A stretch of 64,000 nt of DNA, taken from NCBI GenBank assembly GCA_047285805.1, contig JBJBCN010000002.1:1056001-1120000 (forward strand), given 5' to 3'. How positions within the stretch are numbered: position 1 is the stretch's first letter; each line of letters starts with the position of its first letter. Under the pieces are notes generated by a model. The model worked only from the letters and a program-made list of their open reading frames with translations, was not told the DNA's origin and made no database searches. Positions 40,176 through 52,240 of the stretch are shown one piece after another. Position numbers and translations under genes: made by a program. The DNA is from Synechococcus sp. (GTDB lineage: Bacteria; Cyanobacteriota; Cyanobacteriia; PCC-6307; Cyanobiaceae).

Positions 40176-40648
40176 ATCAGCCTGGGATGATTGGGATCCC
40201 CTTTGAAGGGGCCTACCACCCCTGAAGTGATCCAGCCGCCGTAAAAACCGCCGGGCTGCGGACGCACCTGCTCTCCGTCGATCCAGCAGCTATCCATGAG
40301 GCGGGGATACAGCGCAATACATCCAGCAATCGGCGCAAAGCTTGGGGTGGGGTTGGCATAGCTCCAGGCCGCCTTGGCCAAGCAGCGATCGCCCAAGACA
40401 ATGTCGAAATAGCTGGCGATCCCCTTCCACTCACAAAAGCTGCGGCTGCCAACTGGGACCAAGGCGCCTTCCGCGAAGAACTCCGCTGGCAAGTAGTAGG
40501 TGGGTGGATGGAAGGTCTCCAGCACACGAAAACTGTTCCTGGTCTCCGCCAAAAGCTGCCCGAAGGCGCGCACCACGATGTGCTGGCTGGAAGCCTGCAA
40601 AGCCGGAGGCCGGGGGTACTCGCAAACGCGTTCTGGCGTGGATGGCAT
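40172..40648 (-). CDS. DUF427 family protein
   Basis: EYPRPP, VLETFHPPTYY, SFCEWKG.ASY, AAWSY, FYGGWIT, GPFKG. Confidence 0.85.
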   Translation of the reverse strand: MPSTPERVCEYPRPPALQASSQHIVVRAFGQLLAETRNSFRVLETFHPPTYYLPAEFFAEGALVPVGSRSFCEWKGIASYFDIVLGDRCLAKAAWSYANPTPSFAPIAGCIALYPRLMDSCWIDGEQVRPQPGGFYGGWITSGVVGPFKGDPNHPRLI

Positions 40649-40659
40649 CAGGGGAGCCC

Positions 40660-40905
40660 TCAACCCGGAATGAAATTGCGCAACTTGCGTGCTTCCGTAC
40701 CAGCGCGCTGCTGGAGTTCGGCGTCGCTCAGCTGATCGTCTTCACGCACCATGGCCGCGATCACATCGGACTCCTCCACCTGGAACTGGTACTCCGCCGC
40801 CAAGCGCAGCAGGTCACGGAGATCCATCGGTGTCTTCAGCCGTTCCGCTAACTCCGGCTGCGAGCGGGCGAACTTTAGAAAGGCATCCAACTGCTGAAGC
40901 GACAC
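40660..40905 (-). CDS. Nif11-like leader peptide family protein
   Basis: GTG start, MSLQQLDAFL..ARSQPELAERLK...LSDAEL Nif11 pattern. Confidence 0.75.
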   Translation of the reverse strand: MSLQQLDAFLKFARSQPELAERLKTPMDLRDLLRLAAEYQFQVEESDVIAAMVREDDQLSDAELQQRAGTEARKLRNFIPG

Positions 40906-41005
40906 GACCCTGCAATGCACCTGGACCTGAACCTGGTCTAACGGACGCCAGCCCTCGTCAAAGGGCGGATCGCGCAGCAAACTTGCCCAAGAGACGTGCA
41001 CAGGC

Positions 41006-41371
41006 ATGGCCACCCCCCTTCCCCAATGGATGCGCCTGCTGGGTGGCGGGCTCACGGGGCTGCTGGCCGTGTTGTTTGTGGTGGTGCTGCAGCAGACCCG
41101 TGAACAGGGCCAACGGCTGCAACAACTGCAGGACAAGGTGCAGACCATCGAGAACGCCAACGACCTGGAGCGCACCAACGCCCTCGAAGAACAGCTCCGC
41201 TCGACGGTGGAGCGCCTGCAGACCCTGGAGGGCATCGAACAGAAGGTCCAAAGCTTGAGCAGCCAGGTGCAAACCCTGAGGGATCTGCAGCGGAGCCGGT
41301 CCTCGCTATTCCCCTACGACTCCAACGAGCCCGGACTGCGCTCTCTCCCTGCCCTGCCCCAACTGCCCTAA
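41006..41371 (+). CDS. Membrane-anchored coiled-coil hypothetical protein
   Basis: One N-terminal TM helix followed by Gln/Leu heptads. Confidence 0.7.
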   Translation: MATPLPQWMRLLGGGLTGLLAVLFVVVLQQTREQGQRLQQLQDKVQTIENANDLERTNALEEQLRSTVERLQTLEGIEQKVQSLSSQVQTLRDLQRSRSSLFPYDSNEPGLRSLPALPQLP

Positions 41372-41379
41372 ATGCAGGG

Positions 41380-42531
41380 ATGACCAGCGCCAGGCGATTC
41401 CAGCAGATCCAGACACCGGTCATCCCCGTGATGGCCCAACTGATCGCAGCCACCCCCGGGACCCTGTCGCTTGGGCAAGGCGTCGCGCCCTGGGAGCCGC
41501 CGCCGCAGGTGATCGAAGCCATTCAGGGCGCCCTCCACAACGATCACGACCTACACCGCTATGGACCGGTGGCCGGGGACCCAGAGCTTCGGACCGAGCT
41601 GCAGGACTGGCTTGAGCAACAGCATCAGATCGACTGCAGCGCTAGCGAAATCCTGATCACCGCCGGCAGCAACATGGCTTTCCAGGCGGTGGTGCAGGCC
41701 CTGTGTGACCCGGGGGATGAAGTCATCTTTCCGGTCCCCTTTTACTTCAACCACGAGATGGCCGTCCGCATCGCCGGTGGCAGTCCGGTGGCGATAGACG
41801 CCGGCGTGATCCCTGACCCCGATCGGCTGGAGCAGGCCATCAGCGCGCGCACGAGAGCGATCGTCACGGTCTCCCCAAACAACCCCAGCGGGGCCATTCT
41901 TCCAAGGCCCGTCCTGGAGGCCATCAACCAGCTCTGCGCCCGCCGCGGCCTCATCCACATCAGCGATGAGGCCTACGCCCTCTTCCACTACGGAGCCGTG
42001 CGGCCCTGGAGCCCCGGTGCTGCAAGCGGAAGCGGCGGTCATACCGTCAGCCTTGGCTCCCTCTCCAAAAGCCACGGCATGGCGGGCTATCGCATCGGTT
42101 GGGCCGTGGTGCCACCAGGCTTGATGTCCGCACTGACCAAGGTTCAGGACACATCCCTGATCGGGCCGCCAAAACTGAACCAATGGGCGGCCCGTGCGGC
42201 TTTGGCCGCAGGGGCGCCCTGGTGCCAAGCAAAGATCGCTGGCCTGGCCGAACGGCGGGAGCAGGTCCTCCAAGCCTTCAATGGGCAGCAGCCCGGCCGA
42301 CTGCTCTGCCCACCGGAGGGTGCCTTCTACGCCTTGCTGCAGGTGGAGTGCGCTCTCAGCGCTGACAAGCTCATGGAGCGGCTGATCCGCGAGCACCGCG
42401 TGGCCTTAGCCAGTGGAAGCAGCTTTGGACTTCAGGGAGCCTGCCTGCGCCTGAGCTACGGGATGCTCAGCGGCGACGACCTCGGCGAGGCCCTGCGGCG
42501 GCTTCAAGGGGGGCTACTGGCCTTGAGCTAA
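41380..42531 (+). CDS. PLP-dependent aminotransferase class I/II
   Basis: SLGQG, ITAGSN, SPNNPSG, SDEAY, SLSKSHGMAGYRIG. Confidence 0.92.
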   Translation: MTSARRFQQIQTPVIPVMAQLIAATPGTLSLGQGVAPWEPPPQVIEAIQGALHNDHDLHRYGPVAGDPELRTELQDWLEQQHQIDCSASEILITAGSNMAFQAVVQALCDPGDEVIFPVPFYFNHEMAVRIAGGSPVAIDAGVIPDPDRLEQAISARTRAIVTVSPNNPSGAILPRPVLEAINQLCARRGLIHISDEAYALFHYGAVRPWSPGAASGSGGHTVSLGSLSKSHGMAGYRIGWAVVPPGLMSALTKVQDTSLIGPPKLNQWAARAALAAGAPWCQAKIAGLAERREQVLQAFNGQQPGRLLCPPEGAFYALLQVECALSADKLMERLIREHRVALASGSSFGLQGACLRLSYGMLSGDDLGEALRRLQGGLLALS

Positions 42532-43371
42532 TCAGCCTTTGACGGCCTCCCCGGTGGCACTGGGGAGGATGAAGCGCTGAAGCCCAACGAACAGCACCAG
42601 GACGGGGACGATCGAGACGACCGCACCGGCGGCGACGAGGCGCCAATCCAGGGAAAAACTGCTGGCTAGTTGCTGCAGACCCAGAGGAAGGGTGTAGAGC
42701 GATCGGTCATCCAGGATCACCAGCGGCCAGAGGAAGTCACTCCAGGTGCCGACGAACACAAACATCGCCAGAGTGATCAGATCGGCCTTGGCCGCCGGAA
42801 TCATCACGTTCCACCACTCACCGAGAGGGCTGCAACCATCGATCCGGGCCGCTTCCTCGAGCTCAACCGGCACCCCAGCGAAGCTCTGCCGAAGCAGAAA
42901 GATGCCGAAGGCGGTTGCCGCCTGGGGAATGATCAAAGCCCACAGAGTGTTTCGCAGCCCTAGCTGCACCATGAGCAGATAGAGCGGGATCATCACCACC
43001 TGGAAGGGGATCAGGATCGTGGCCACCACCAGGGCCAGCACGAGTCCCCGCCCCGCGAAGCGCATCCGCGCCAGCGGGTAAGCCGCCAGGGAACAGAAGA
43101 GCAGGTTCGCGATCACTGCACAGCCGCTGACAATCGTGCTGTTGAGGATGTAGCCCCACACGGGGTTGTCCTCAAACAAGCGCAGGTAGGCCTCGAGGCT
43201 GGGTTGGCTCGGGAAAAGCGCTGGAGGACTGGTGAAGATGTCTTCCGCCGGTCCCTTTAAGGAGGTGCTGACCAACCAGAGCAGGGGGACCAGCATCGCC
43301 ACCGAAATCAGCAGCAAGGCGATCAACTGCAGCCCGCGCAACAAAACGGGTTGGTGACGGCCAGCCATCAA
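42532..43371 (-). CDS. Carbohydrate ABC transporter permease (LacG/MalG-like)
   Basis: [20 protein letters not shown] loop, WSDFLWP. Confidence 0.9.
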   Translation of the reverse strand: MMAGRHQPVLLRGLQLIALLLISVAMLVPLLWLVSTSLKGPAEDIFTSPPALFPSQPSLEAYLRLFEDNPVWGYILNSTIVSGCAVIANLLFCSLAAYPLARMRFAGRGLVLALVVATILIPFQVVMIPLYLLMVQLGLRNTLWALIIPQAATAFGIFLLRQSFAGVPVELEEAARIDGCSPLGEWWNVMIPAAKADLITLAMFVFVGTWSDFLWPLVILDDRSLYTLPLGLQQLASSFSLDWRLVAAGAVVSIVPVLVLFVGLQRFILPSATGEAVKG

Positions 43372-45008
43372 AGACGAGGGCGATCGGCAGGAGTCAAGTC
43401 ACCCACCGGCAACGGGGCTTTCTGGGGATGCAGAGGAGAGCGCTGGCTGCCTGCCACGAGGCGGTTCAAGGCATTCACGAAGGCCTGGGCGGCCGCTACG
43501 ACGATGTCGGTGTCGGCGGCATGGCCGGAATAAAGCACCCCATCGGCCCTTAGACGAATCGTGACTTCACCCATGGCATCAATGCCTTCGGTGACGGACT
43601 TCACAGAGAACTCCACGAGTTCGTTGGGGACGCGGGCGAGATGGTTGAGGGCCTGACAGACCGCATCCACCGGCCCGGTGCCGATCGCGGCCTCAGTGAG
43701 CTCGGCGCCATCGCTGTTTACGAGGGTGACGGTGGCCGTGGGTTGCAGGCTGGTGCCAGTGCTGACCTGCACCAACTTCAAGCTGTAGGTCGCCTGATCT
43801 TGCTGCTGAACCTGCTCACTGACGATGGCTTCGAGATCGCGGTCAGAAATCTCGCGCTTGCGGTCCGCCAACTCCTTGAAGCGAGCAAAGGCGTCGTCGA
43901 GGTCCTCGCGCACGAGGTTGTAGCCGAGCTCCTCCAAGCGCACGCGGAAGGCACTGCGACCGCTGAGCTTGCCCAAGGAAATGCGGTTGTCGGCCAGACC
44001 GATGGTGCGGGCGTCGATGATTTCGTAGGTCAGGCGGTTCTTGAGAACCCCATCCTGGTGGATGCCGCTTTCGTGGGCAAAGGCGTTGGCACCGACGATC
44101 GCCTTATTGGGCTGCACCGCCATACCGGTGAGGTTGCTGACCAGGCGGGAGGTTTTGTAGATCTCCTCGGTGCGAATGCCGGTAAGCGGTTCGCTGCTTC
44201 TCGCGTCCCGGCCCAGGAAGGGATTGAAGTAGCTGCGGCGCACATGCATCGCCATCACCAGCTCCTCCAGGGAGGCATTGCCGGCCCGCTCGCCGATCCC
44301 GTTGATCGTGCACTCGAGCTGGCGGGCGCCGTTCTTCACGGCCTCCAGGAAATTCGCGACAGCCAAACCCAAGTCGTTGTGGCCGTGGACCGAGATGACG
44401 GCCTGATCGATGTTGGGGACATGGCGATTGATCCCATCGATCAAGGCGCCGAATTCCGATGGGGTCGTGTAGCCGACGGTGTCCGGGATATTGATCGTGG
44501 TGGCACCGGCGGCAATCGCTGCCTCGATCACCTGATACATGAACTCCGGATCGGAGCGGCCGGCGTCCTCGCAGGAGAACTCCACGTCCTCCACCAGGGA
44601 GCGGGCATAGGCCACCATTTCGCCCGCGATGCTCAGGACCTCTGCACGGCTCTTGCGGAGCTTGTGCTCAAGGTGGATATCGCTGGTAGCAATAAAGGTG
44701 TGGATGCGGCGATGGGCGGCTGGCGCCACTGCATCGGCGCAAGCCTTGATGTCGCCCATGGCCGCCCGGGCCAGGCCACAGATCACGGGGCCATCAGCAG
44801 TGCCCACACTGGCGGCGATGCGCTGCACCGCATTGAAGTCGCCTGGGCTCGCGAACGGAAAACCCGCCTCAATGATGTCTACACCAAGCCGGGAGAGCTG
44901 CTGAGCGATCGCCAGCTTCTCCTCCAGGTTGAGGCTGGCCCCAGGGGACTGCTCCCCGTCGCGCAGGGTGGTGTCGAAGATCAATACCCGGCCGGGATCG
45001 CGGGCCAT
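43368..45008 (-). CDS. leuA: 2-isopropylmalate synthase
   Basis: [45 protein letters not shown]. Confidence 0.97.
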   Translation of the reverse strand: MARDPGRVLIFDTTLRDGEQSPGASLNLEEKLAIAQQLSRLGVDIIEAGFPFASPGDFNAVQRIAASVGTADGPVICGLARAAMGDIKACADAVAPAAHRRIHTFIATSDIHLEHKLRKSRAEVLSIAGEMVAYARSLVEDVEFSCEDAGRSDPEFMYQVIEAAIAAGATTINIPDTVGYTTPSEFGALIDGINRHVPNIDQAVISVHGHNDLGLAVANFLEAVKNGARQLECTINGIGERAGNASLEELVMAMHVRRSYFNPFLGRDARSSEPLTGIRTEEIYKTSRLVSNLTGMAVQPNKAIVGANAFAHESGIHQDGVLKNRLTYEIIDARTIGLADNRISLGKLSGRSAFRVRLEELGYNLVREDLDDAFARFKELADRKREISDRDLEAIVSEQVQQQDQATYSLKLVQVSTGTSLQPTATVTLVNSDGAELTEAAIGTGPVDAVCQALNHLARVPNELVEFSVKSVTEGIDAMGEVTIRLRADGVLYSGHAADTDIVVAAAQAFVNALNRLVAGSQRSPLHPQKAPLPVGDLTPADRPRL

Positions 45009-45081
45009 GACGGCTACAAGTCGGAATGGTTATGAGTTAGGCACACTCTAGTCGTGAGGGCCGGGATACGGCTCAGCCGCT

Positions 45082-45594
45082 TCAGTGACCGTCGGTCTTC
45101 TCCAGTTGGGGCTTGAGGCTGGAGAGGTCGACAAAACGGTCGGCCGCGTTGCGCAATTCCCGAGGAACCATGCCCTCGGTGCTCATCAAGACCACCTTCA
45201 ACCCCCGGATGCGCAGCACTTCGAGCAGGCGCTCGAGATCACGGCTGCCGCTCATCACCCAAACCTCATCAATGCGATGGGCGACGGCCATCAGATCGAT
45301 GGCGATCTCCACATCCAGATTGGCGCGGGCGAATTGACGCTGATCGGAGTCGTGCCCTACTTCCCGCAGGGGTTTGGTGCGGACCGTGAAGCCCAGGCTG
45401 GTGAGTGCATCCCGGAAGGGCCGTTGGTCGGTGGCGTCCTTCAGCCCGGTGTACCAAAAGGCCGCACCCAGCTCCACACCGGATTGCGCCGTGGCGTACT
45501 CCAGCAGCCGGCGGGGATCAAAAAACCAGCCCAGTTTTTGCTGCACGTAAAACATGCTGTGGCCATCCACCGCCAGAGCCAGCTGCATCGGCAC
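45082..45594 (-). CDS. NYN domain (LabA/DUF88) protein
   Basis: VDGHSMFY, ANLDVEIAIDL, SGSRDL, ELRNAADRFVDL. Confidence 0.85.
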   Translation of the reverse strand: MPMQLALAVDGHSMFYVQQKLGWFFDPRRLLEYATAQSGVELGAAFWYTGLKDATDQRPFRDALTSLGFTVRTKPLREVGHDSDQRQFARANLDVEIAIDLMAVAHRIDEVWVMSGSRDLERLLEVLRIRGLKVVLMSTEGMVPRELRNAADRFVDLSSLKPQLEKTDGH

Positions 45595-45654
45595 CCGTTC
45601 GCTACGTCGAGCCTAGAAGTTGCACCTAAAGTTCTTGAATTCTGAGCAGGGGCG

Positions 45655-47237
45655 TTGGCCGCAGGACCCGCTGACTCTGGCGATTTAGCGCTGGTTCTCC
45701 ACGCGCACCTTCCGTACGTGCACTCCAACGCACCCGGCTCCCTGGAGGAAGACTGGTACTTCCAGGCCCTCCTGGAGTGCTACCTGCCGCTGCTGGACAC
45801 CCTTGAAGCTGCCGCCGCGGACCCCGCGCAGCGGCCGCGACTGACCATGGGTCTCTCGCCAACACTGCTCTCCCTGCTGAGCAACACGCTCCTCAGCCAG
45901 CGCTTTCTCCCCTGGCTGGAGGTGCGTGAGGAGCTGCTACACCAGGCACCCGCAGACCATGGCGCTGCGGGTGCCGACCTCAGCCTCAAGCTCCAGCGAG
46001 CCAAACAGGCCTGGATTCAAGCGAGCGGCAATCTTCTACCCCGCTTTCACCGGCTGCAGCAGCGCGGGGTACTCGATCTGCTCACCTGCGGGGCCACCCA
46101 CGGCTACCTGCCGCTGCTGCGGGATTGCCCCGAAGCCGTTCGCGCGCAGCTTCTGACCGCCGTGCGCGAACACGAGCGTCTGCTCGGTGTGCGGCCCTTG
46201 GGCATTTGGCTCCCGGAATGCGCCTACTACGAAGGGCTGGATCGGCTGCTGCTCAGCTGCGGATTGCGCTATGCGATCCTCGACGCCCACGGCCTGCTCC
46301 ACGGACAGCCGCGGCCGCGCTACGGGGTCTACGCACCGATCTGCAGTCCAGGTGGGATGGCCTTCTTCGGGCGGGACAGCGAATCCACCCTGCCTGTTTG
46401 GAGCGCCCGGGAGGGCTACCCAGGCGACCCCAGCTACCGGGAATTCCATCGGGATCTGGGCTGGGATCTGCCGCAGGAGGAGCTGCAGGTACGGGGCATC
46501 ACCAGCCAGCGTCCACTGGGCCTCAAGCTCCATCGCGTCACCGGCAGGCAGTGCAGCCTTGAGGAGAAGCAGGCCTACGAGCCCCAGCAGGCCGGCTTGA
46601 CGGTGAAGCGCGACGCACGACACTACCTGGCGGGCCGAGCCCAGCAGCTCGAGGACCTCAGCGGATCGATGGAACGCCGTCCGCTGCTGGTGGCGCCCTT
46701 CGATGCGGAGCTCTTTGGCCACTGGTGGTTTGAAGGGCCCCAATTCCTGGCAGAGCTTTTCAAGCAAGCTCCGCGCCAGGATGTCGGCCTAGCCACCCTG
46801 CGGGAGACCCTGAGCCGCGGGGATGCCCTGCAGCTCTGCCAGCCCTCCCCCTCCAGCTGGGGGCAAGGCGGCTATCACACCTACTGGTTGAACGAGAGCA
46901 ACGCCTGGGTCATACCCGAGTGGAATCGAGCCTCCCAGGCGATGGTCGATCGCGTCAGTCGCGGGGTCGGCAGCGAACAGGCCAGGGAGTGGCTGCAGCA
47001 GGCCGGGCGGGAGTTGTTGCTCGCCCAAAGCTCCGATTGGAGCTTCATCCTCCGGGCCGGCACGACGACGGAGCTAGCGAAGGAGCGCATCGAGCGCCAT
47101 CTCGAGCGCTTCTGGCTCCTGATCGAGGCGATCAACACCAACACCCCACCACCGAAGGGGTGGCTGGAGGCCGTCCAACGGGAAGACGGTCTCTTCCCCC
47201 TGATCAACGCCGCCGACTGGGCCCGACTTCCCTTCCC

Positions 47238-47241
<4 letters not shown>
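45655..47241 (+). CDS. GH57 glycoside hydrolase (branching enzyme type, DUF1957)
   Basis: LHAHLPYV, ATHGYLP, GIWLPECAY, APFDAELFGHWWFEG, LLAQSSDWSF. Confidence 0.93.
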
Positions 47242-48252
<1,011 letters not shown>

Positions 48253-48263
<11 letters not shown>

Positions 48264-49500
48264 GCAACCGCAACATTAAAGGCAGCTCGCGTCCCTGCTG
48301 TTGCATCAAGCCCAGCCGCACACTCCAGGGGGCCACAGCGAAGAGCCGCAGCATCGCGCCCACCAAAGCCGGCAGGGTCAAAGTGTTGGTCAAGAAGCCG
48401 TACCAATGCAGCTTCGGCAAGGCGAAGAACGTGGCGAAGAACTGCCTGAGCTGCCCCTCGGGGTAGTGCATCAACTTCTCCAGGCCAAAGCGATAGAGCG
48501 CATGTTTGCGCTGTAGCTCCAAGGGCCAGAGGGCCTGCCAAGCCGCCCGGGATAGAGACGGCGAGGGGAGGTTGGCATCGGCCAGTCCGTCGGCGATGGC
48601 CTGGGCCAGCGCGGGTGCCCGCCGCAGCAGGGAGCCAACCATGTAACCGGAGGCGGGGTGCACCAAGGTGGCGCCGCCACCGAAGGCCAGCAATTGCTGA
48701 TCCAAATCCGGCAGAGGCATGTTCATCGGGAAGAGACACAGTTCTTCCTCCTCCTCGGCCAGCACCTCGATGTCGCGGTGGGAGAGCCGTTTCAGCAGAC
48801 GCGCCTTCAGCACCTCGTAGGGAACCGCCGGAGCCAAGGCCAAGGAGGTTTCCTCGACAAAGAACCGCCCCTCCCCAAAGTCCATCGCATAGAGAAAGGT
48901 CGGAGGTCCGCAGCGACGCTCGGCCTCACTGAGGTGGTCGCAGCGGTAATCCATCAGGACAAACTGTCCGGGCTCCACCGGGGGTTTCGAGAAGCGACCC
49001 ACGATTCCGTAGGCCGCCTGCCCCGCCACCGGCCCCTCGTCCGGACGCTTGAGGAATGGGCTGTGATGGCCACTGCAATCCAGCACCAAACGGGCCTCGA
49101 GCCGATCCCCTTGATCCGTCGTGACCACCGAGCCCCGCTGGTGGTGCTCAATCGCCACAACGGCCCCACGCGTCCAGGGAACACCGGCGTCCTGGCAGGG
49201 GGTCAACCAATGGCGCTGAAGCGCGGCCTTGTCGAAGAGGCCGTAGTCGATGCCATGGGCGAGGGGTTCACTACACAGGTCTGCACCGAAGTAGCTGCTC
49301 GTGTGGCTCCAGCGGTGGCCCAGCAAGTGGGCCAGCCCCAAGGCATCCACCTCCGGCCCCCAGATGCCGTAGGTGTTCTGCCAGGGAGTCTCCGGTGAGG
49401 AGGGGGCAACAGCCGCAACCTTCACACCACGCTCAACGAGCGCTGCCGCGATGCAGAGCGCCGCTGGACCAGCGCCGATCACTAAGACCCCGGGAGTCAT
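48253..49500 (-). CDS. crtL: Lycopene beta-cyclase
   Basis: VIGAGPA, NTYGIW, VLMDYR, PTFLYAM, FVEETSL, VHPASGY. Confidence 0.93.
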
Positions 49501-49552
49501 GCGCACGCCGCGGTGGTTGTCCGAAAAGAGAGGTGTCTCACCGCGTGGGAAC

Positions 49553-52195
49553 TCAGGCTTCCGTGATCTCGCTCACGCTCTCGTTCTCGGTCGACGTGCC
49601 CTCGGCGAGCTCGTCTTCGTCCTCCTGGGCGGGAGGCACCAGGACCACTTCCGAGAGTCGATCGCCGCTGTCGAGGCGCTGCAGTTTGACGCCGGTGGCG
49701 GCGCGGGACTGCTGCGGCACCGCATCAGCCTGCATCCGCACGATCACCCCGCGCTCACTGATCAGCAGCAACTCCTCACCCGAGCCGAGCACACGCAGGC
49801 CGACGAGCACATCGCCGTCTCGGCGGAACTTCATCGCCCGCAGGCCCATGCCGGAACGTTTCTGCAGGCGGAACTGATCCACCGGGACGCGCTTACCCAA
49901 GCCGCTCGCGGACGCCACCAGCACCCAGGGACCATCGCTGGGGGCGACCTCCTCAGCATCATCGTCATCGCTACCGGCATTGCTGCCCTCGACGCGATCG
50001 GCCAGCTCAACAGGGAGCACGTCCATGCTCACCAGCTGATCGCCAGGGCGGAGGTTCATCGCTCGCACTCCACGGGCCGTGCGGCCCAACGGACGGAGCT
50101 CCTCGTCACTCAGGCGGAAGTGGATGGTCATCCCGTTCCGCGAACCAATCAGAACGCTATCGCCAGGCTGCGCCAGACGCACCCAGGTCAGGGCATCCCC
50201 CTCCTCGAGTGAGATGGCAATCAGGCCATTGGAGCGGATGTTGGCGAAGGCCGACAGCCGGGTGCGCTTGATGTAGCCGCCGCTGGTGAGCATCACCAGG
50301 ACGGCATCTTCCGCGAACTCACTGACAGCCAGCAATGAGGTGATTTGCTCCTCACGCGGGATCGGCAAGAGCTGAACGATCGGCGTGCCCTTGGCGGCGC
50401 GGCTGCAGAGGGGGACCCGATAGGCGGGCACGGTGTAGACGACACCGCGATCGGAGAACAGCAACAACGAGTCGTGGTCGTTGCAACTGATAAACAGACG
50501 AACCGCCTCCTCTCCCTGGGTTTTCGTGCCGGCTTTGCCGCGAGTGCCGCGGCTAGTGGCTTCGAACTCGCTCACCGGCATCCGCTTGAGGTAGCCGTTC
50601 TCCGTCAGCAAAACGACCGAGCGCTCGTTCGCGATCAGATCAATGTCTTCAAGACCCCCTTCGACATCAAGGATCTCGGTGCGGCGCGGGGAGTCGTAGC
50701 GGGAGCGAATCACCCCCAGCTCCTCGGTGATTAAGCCATAGACCCGTTCTTTGCTGGCCAGGATGTCTTTGTAATCGGTGATCTTGGCGAGCAGGTCCTC
50801 GTGCTCAAGGCGGATCTTGTCGGCCTCGAGGGCGGTCAGGCGACGCAGCTGCATCTGGAGGATCGCGTCGGCTTGGATTTCACTCAGCCCGAACTGCTGC
50901 ACCAAATCCAGTCGGGCAGTCGCCGTGTCAGCTGCCCCGCGGATCAAGGCAATAATTGCGTCGAGGTTGTCCAGCGCGATCAGTAGACCGAGCAGGATGT
51001 GGTCGCGCTCTTCGGCCTTGCGAAGCATGTAACGGGTCCGGCGCTCAATCGTCTCGACTCGGAAGGCGAGAAAGACCTCGAGCATCTTGCGCAGGGTGAG
51101 CAGAACCGGCTCCCCGTTCACCAGCGCCAGCATGTAGGCACTGAAATTGCTCTGCAGGGGCGTGAGCTTGAACAGGTTGTTCAGCACAACCTGGGGATAG
51201 GCATCGCGGCGCAATTCGATGACGATCCGCATACCGTCGCGGTCGGATTCGTCGCGAATGTCGGCAATCCCCTCGAGCTTCTTGTCGTTCACCAACTCAG
51301 CAATGCGCTCAATCAGCGCGGCCTTGTTGGTCTGATAAGGCAACTCGGTGATGATCACGGCGTCGCGATCCGGTCGCCCCTTGGCCTCGACCGTCTCAAT
51401 CGCAGCAACACCGCGCATCGTGACGGAACCGCGGCCGGTTTCGTACATCTCCCGAATCCCGCGACGGCCCAGGATTTGACCGCCAGTGGGGAAGTCGGGC
51501 CCCTTGACGATGGAGGTCAGCTCGCGATCGCTGACTTCTGGGTTGGCGATCAGCGCGAGCAGGCCATCAATCAGCTCGGTGAGGTTGTGGGGCGGAATGT
51601 TGGTGGCCATGCCCACCGCGATCCCCGTCGAGCCATTCAGCAGCAACTGGGGGATGCGCGCTGGCATCACCGTTGGTTCTTGCTGGGACCCATCGAAGTT
51701 GTCGATAAAATCGACGGTTTCGCTCTCGATGTCCTCCAGCAAGCTGTCGGTTGTGAGCGCCCTCAGCCGCGACTCGGTATATCGCATGGCGGCCGGCGGA
51801 TCGTTGTCCACAGAACCGAAGTTGCCGTGGCCGTCGATGAGAGGCATGCGCATGGAAAAGTCCTGCGCCATGCGCACCAGCGCGTCGTAGACGGCGGTAT
51901 CACCATGGGGGTGGTACTTACCGAGCACCTCACCCACAACACGGGCGCACTTGCGATATGGCCGATCACTCGTCAGTCCCAGCTCGTACATCGCGTAGAG
52001 GATCCGCCGATGCACCGGTTTCAAACCATCGCGGGCATCGGGCAGTGCCCGTCCCACGATCACGCTCATCGCGTACTCCAGGTAGGAGCGCGACATCTCG
52101 TTGCGAAGGTCAGCCTGAATAATTCGGCCGTCGGATCCGCCTGGTCCTTCCCCGTCCCCCGAGGGCATCTCACGGGGTTCGGTTGGATCCGCCAT
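49553..52195 (-). CDS. gyrA: DNA gyrase subunit A
   Basis: [42 protein letters not shown]-terminal pinwheel repeats. Confidence 0.97.
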   Translation of the reverse strand: MADPTEPREMPSGDGEGPGGSDGRIIQADLRNEMSRSYLEYAMSVIVGRALPDARDGLKPVHRRILYAMYELGLTSDRPYRKCARVVGEVLGKYHPHGDTAVYDALVRMAQDFSMRMPLIDGHGNFGSVDNDPPAAMRYTESRLRALTTDSLLEDIESETVDFIDNFDGSQQEPTVMPARIPQLLLNGSTGIAVGMATNIPPHNLTELIDGLLALIANPEVSDRELTSIVKGPDFPTGGQILGRRGIREMYETGRGSVTMRGVAAIETVEAKGRPDRDAVIITELPYQTNKAALIERIAELVNDKKLEGIADIRDESDRDGMRIVIELRRDAYPQVVLNNLFKLTPLQSNFSAYMLALVNGEPVLLTLRKMLEVFLAFRVETIERRTRYMLRKAEERDHILLGLLIALDNLDAIIALIRGAADTATARLDLVQQFGLSEIQADAILQMQLRRLTALEADKIRLEHEDLLAKITDYKDILASKERVYGLITEELGVIRSRYDSPRRTEILDVEGGLEDIDLIANERSVVLLTENGYLKRMPVSEFEATSRGTRGKAGTKTQGEEAVRLFISCNDHDSLLLFSDRGVVYTVPAYRVPLCSRAAKGTPIVQLLPIPREEQITSLLAVSEFAEDAVLVMLTSGGYIKRTRLSAFANIRSNGLIAISLEEGDALTWVRLAQPGDSVLIGSRNGMTIHFRLSDEELRPLGRTARGVRAMNLRPGDQLVSMDVLPVELADRVEGSNAGSDDDDAEEVAPSDGPWVLVASASGLGKRVPVDQFRLQKRSGMGLRAMKFRRDGDVLVGLRVLGSGEELLLISERGVIVRMQADAVPQQSRAATGVKLQRLDSGDRLSEVVLVPPAQEDEDELAEGTSTENESVSEITEA

Positions 52196-52240
52196 TCGTG
52201 ACAGCTTTGATTAGAACGCATTTTATCGGTAGTTGCGCCT

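Noticed and set aside
43641..45035. 464-aa ORF antisense to leuA (similar long antisense ORFs at 3489-4856, 6768-8060, 9955-11187, 50999-52201)
   Set aside because: Shadow ORFs expected opposite GC3-biased genes; no recognisable motifs and they lie almost entirely over well-supported genes
49553..52195. gyrA Thr at the Ser83-equivalent position and possible intein
   Set aside because: HGDTAVYD is a common natural variant; protein length is normal with no intein motifs
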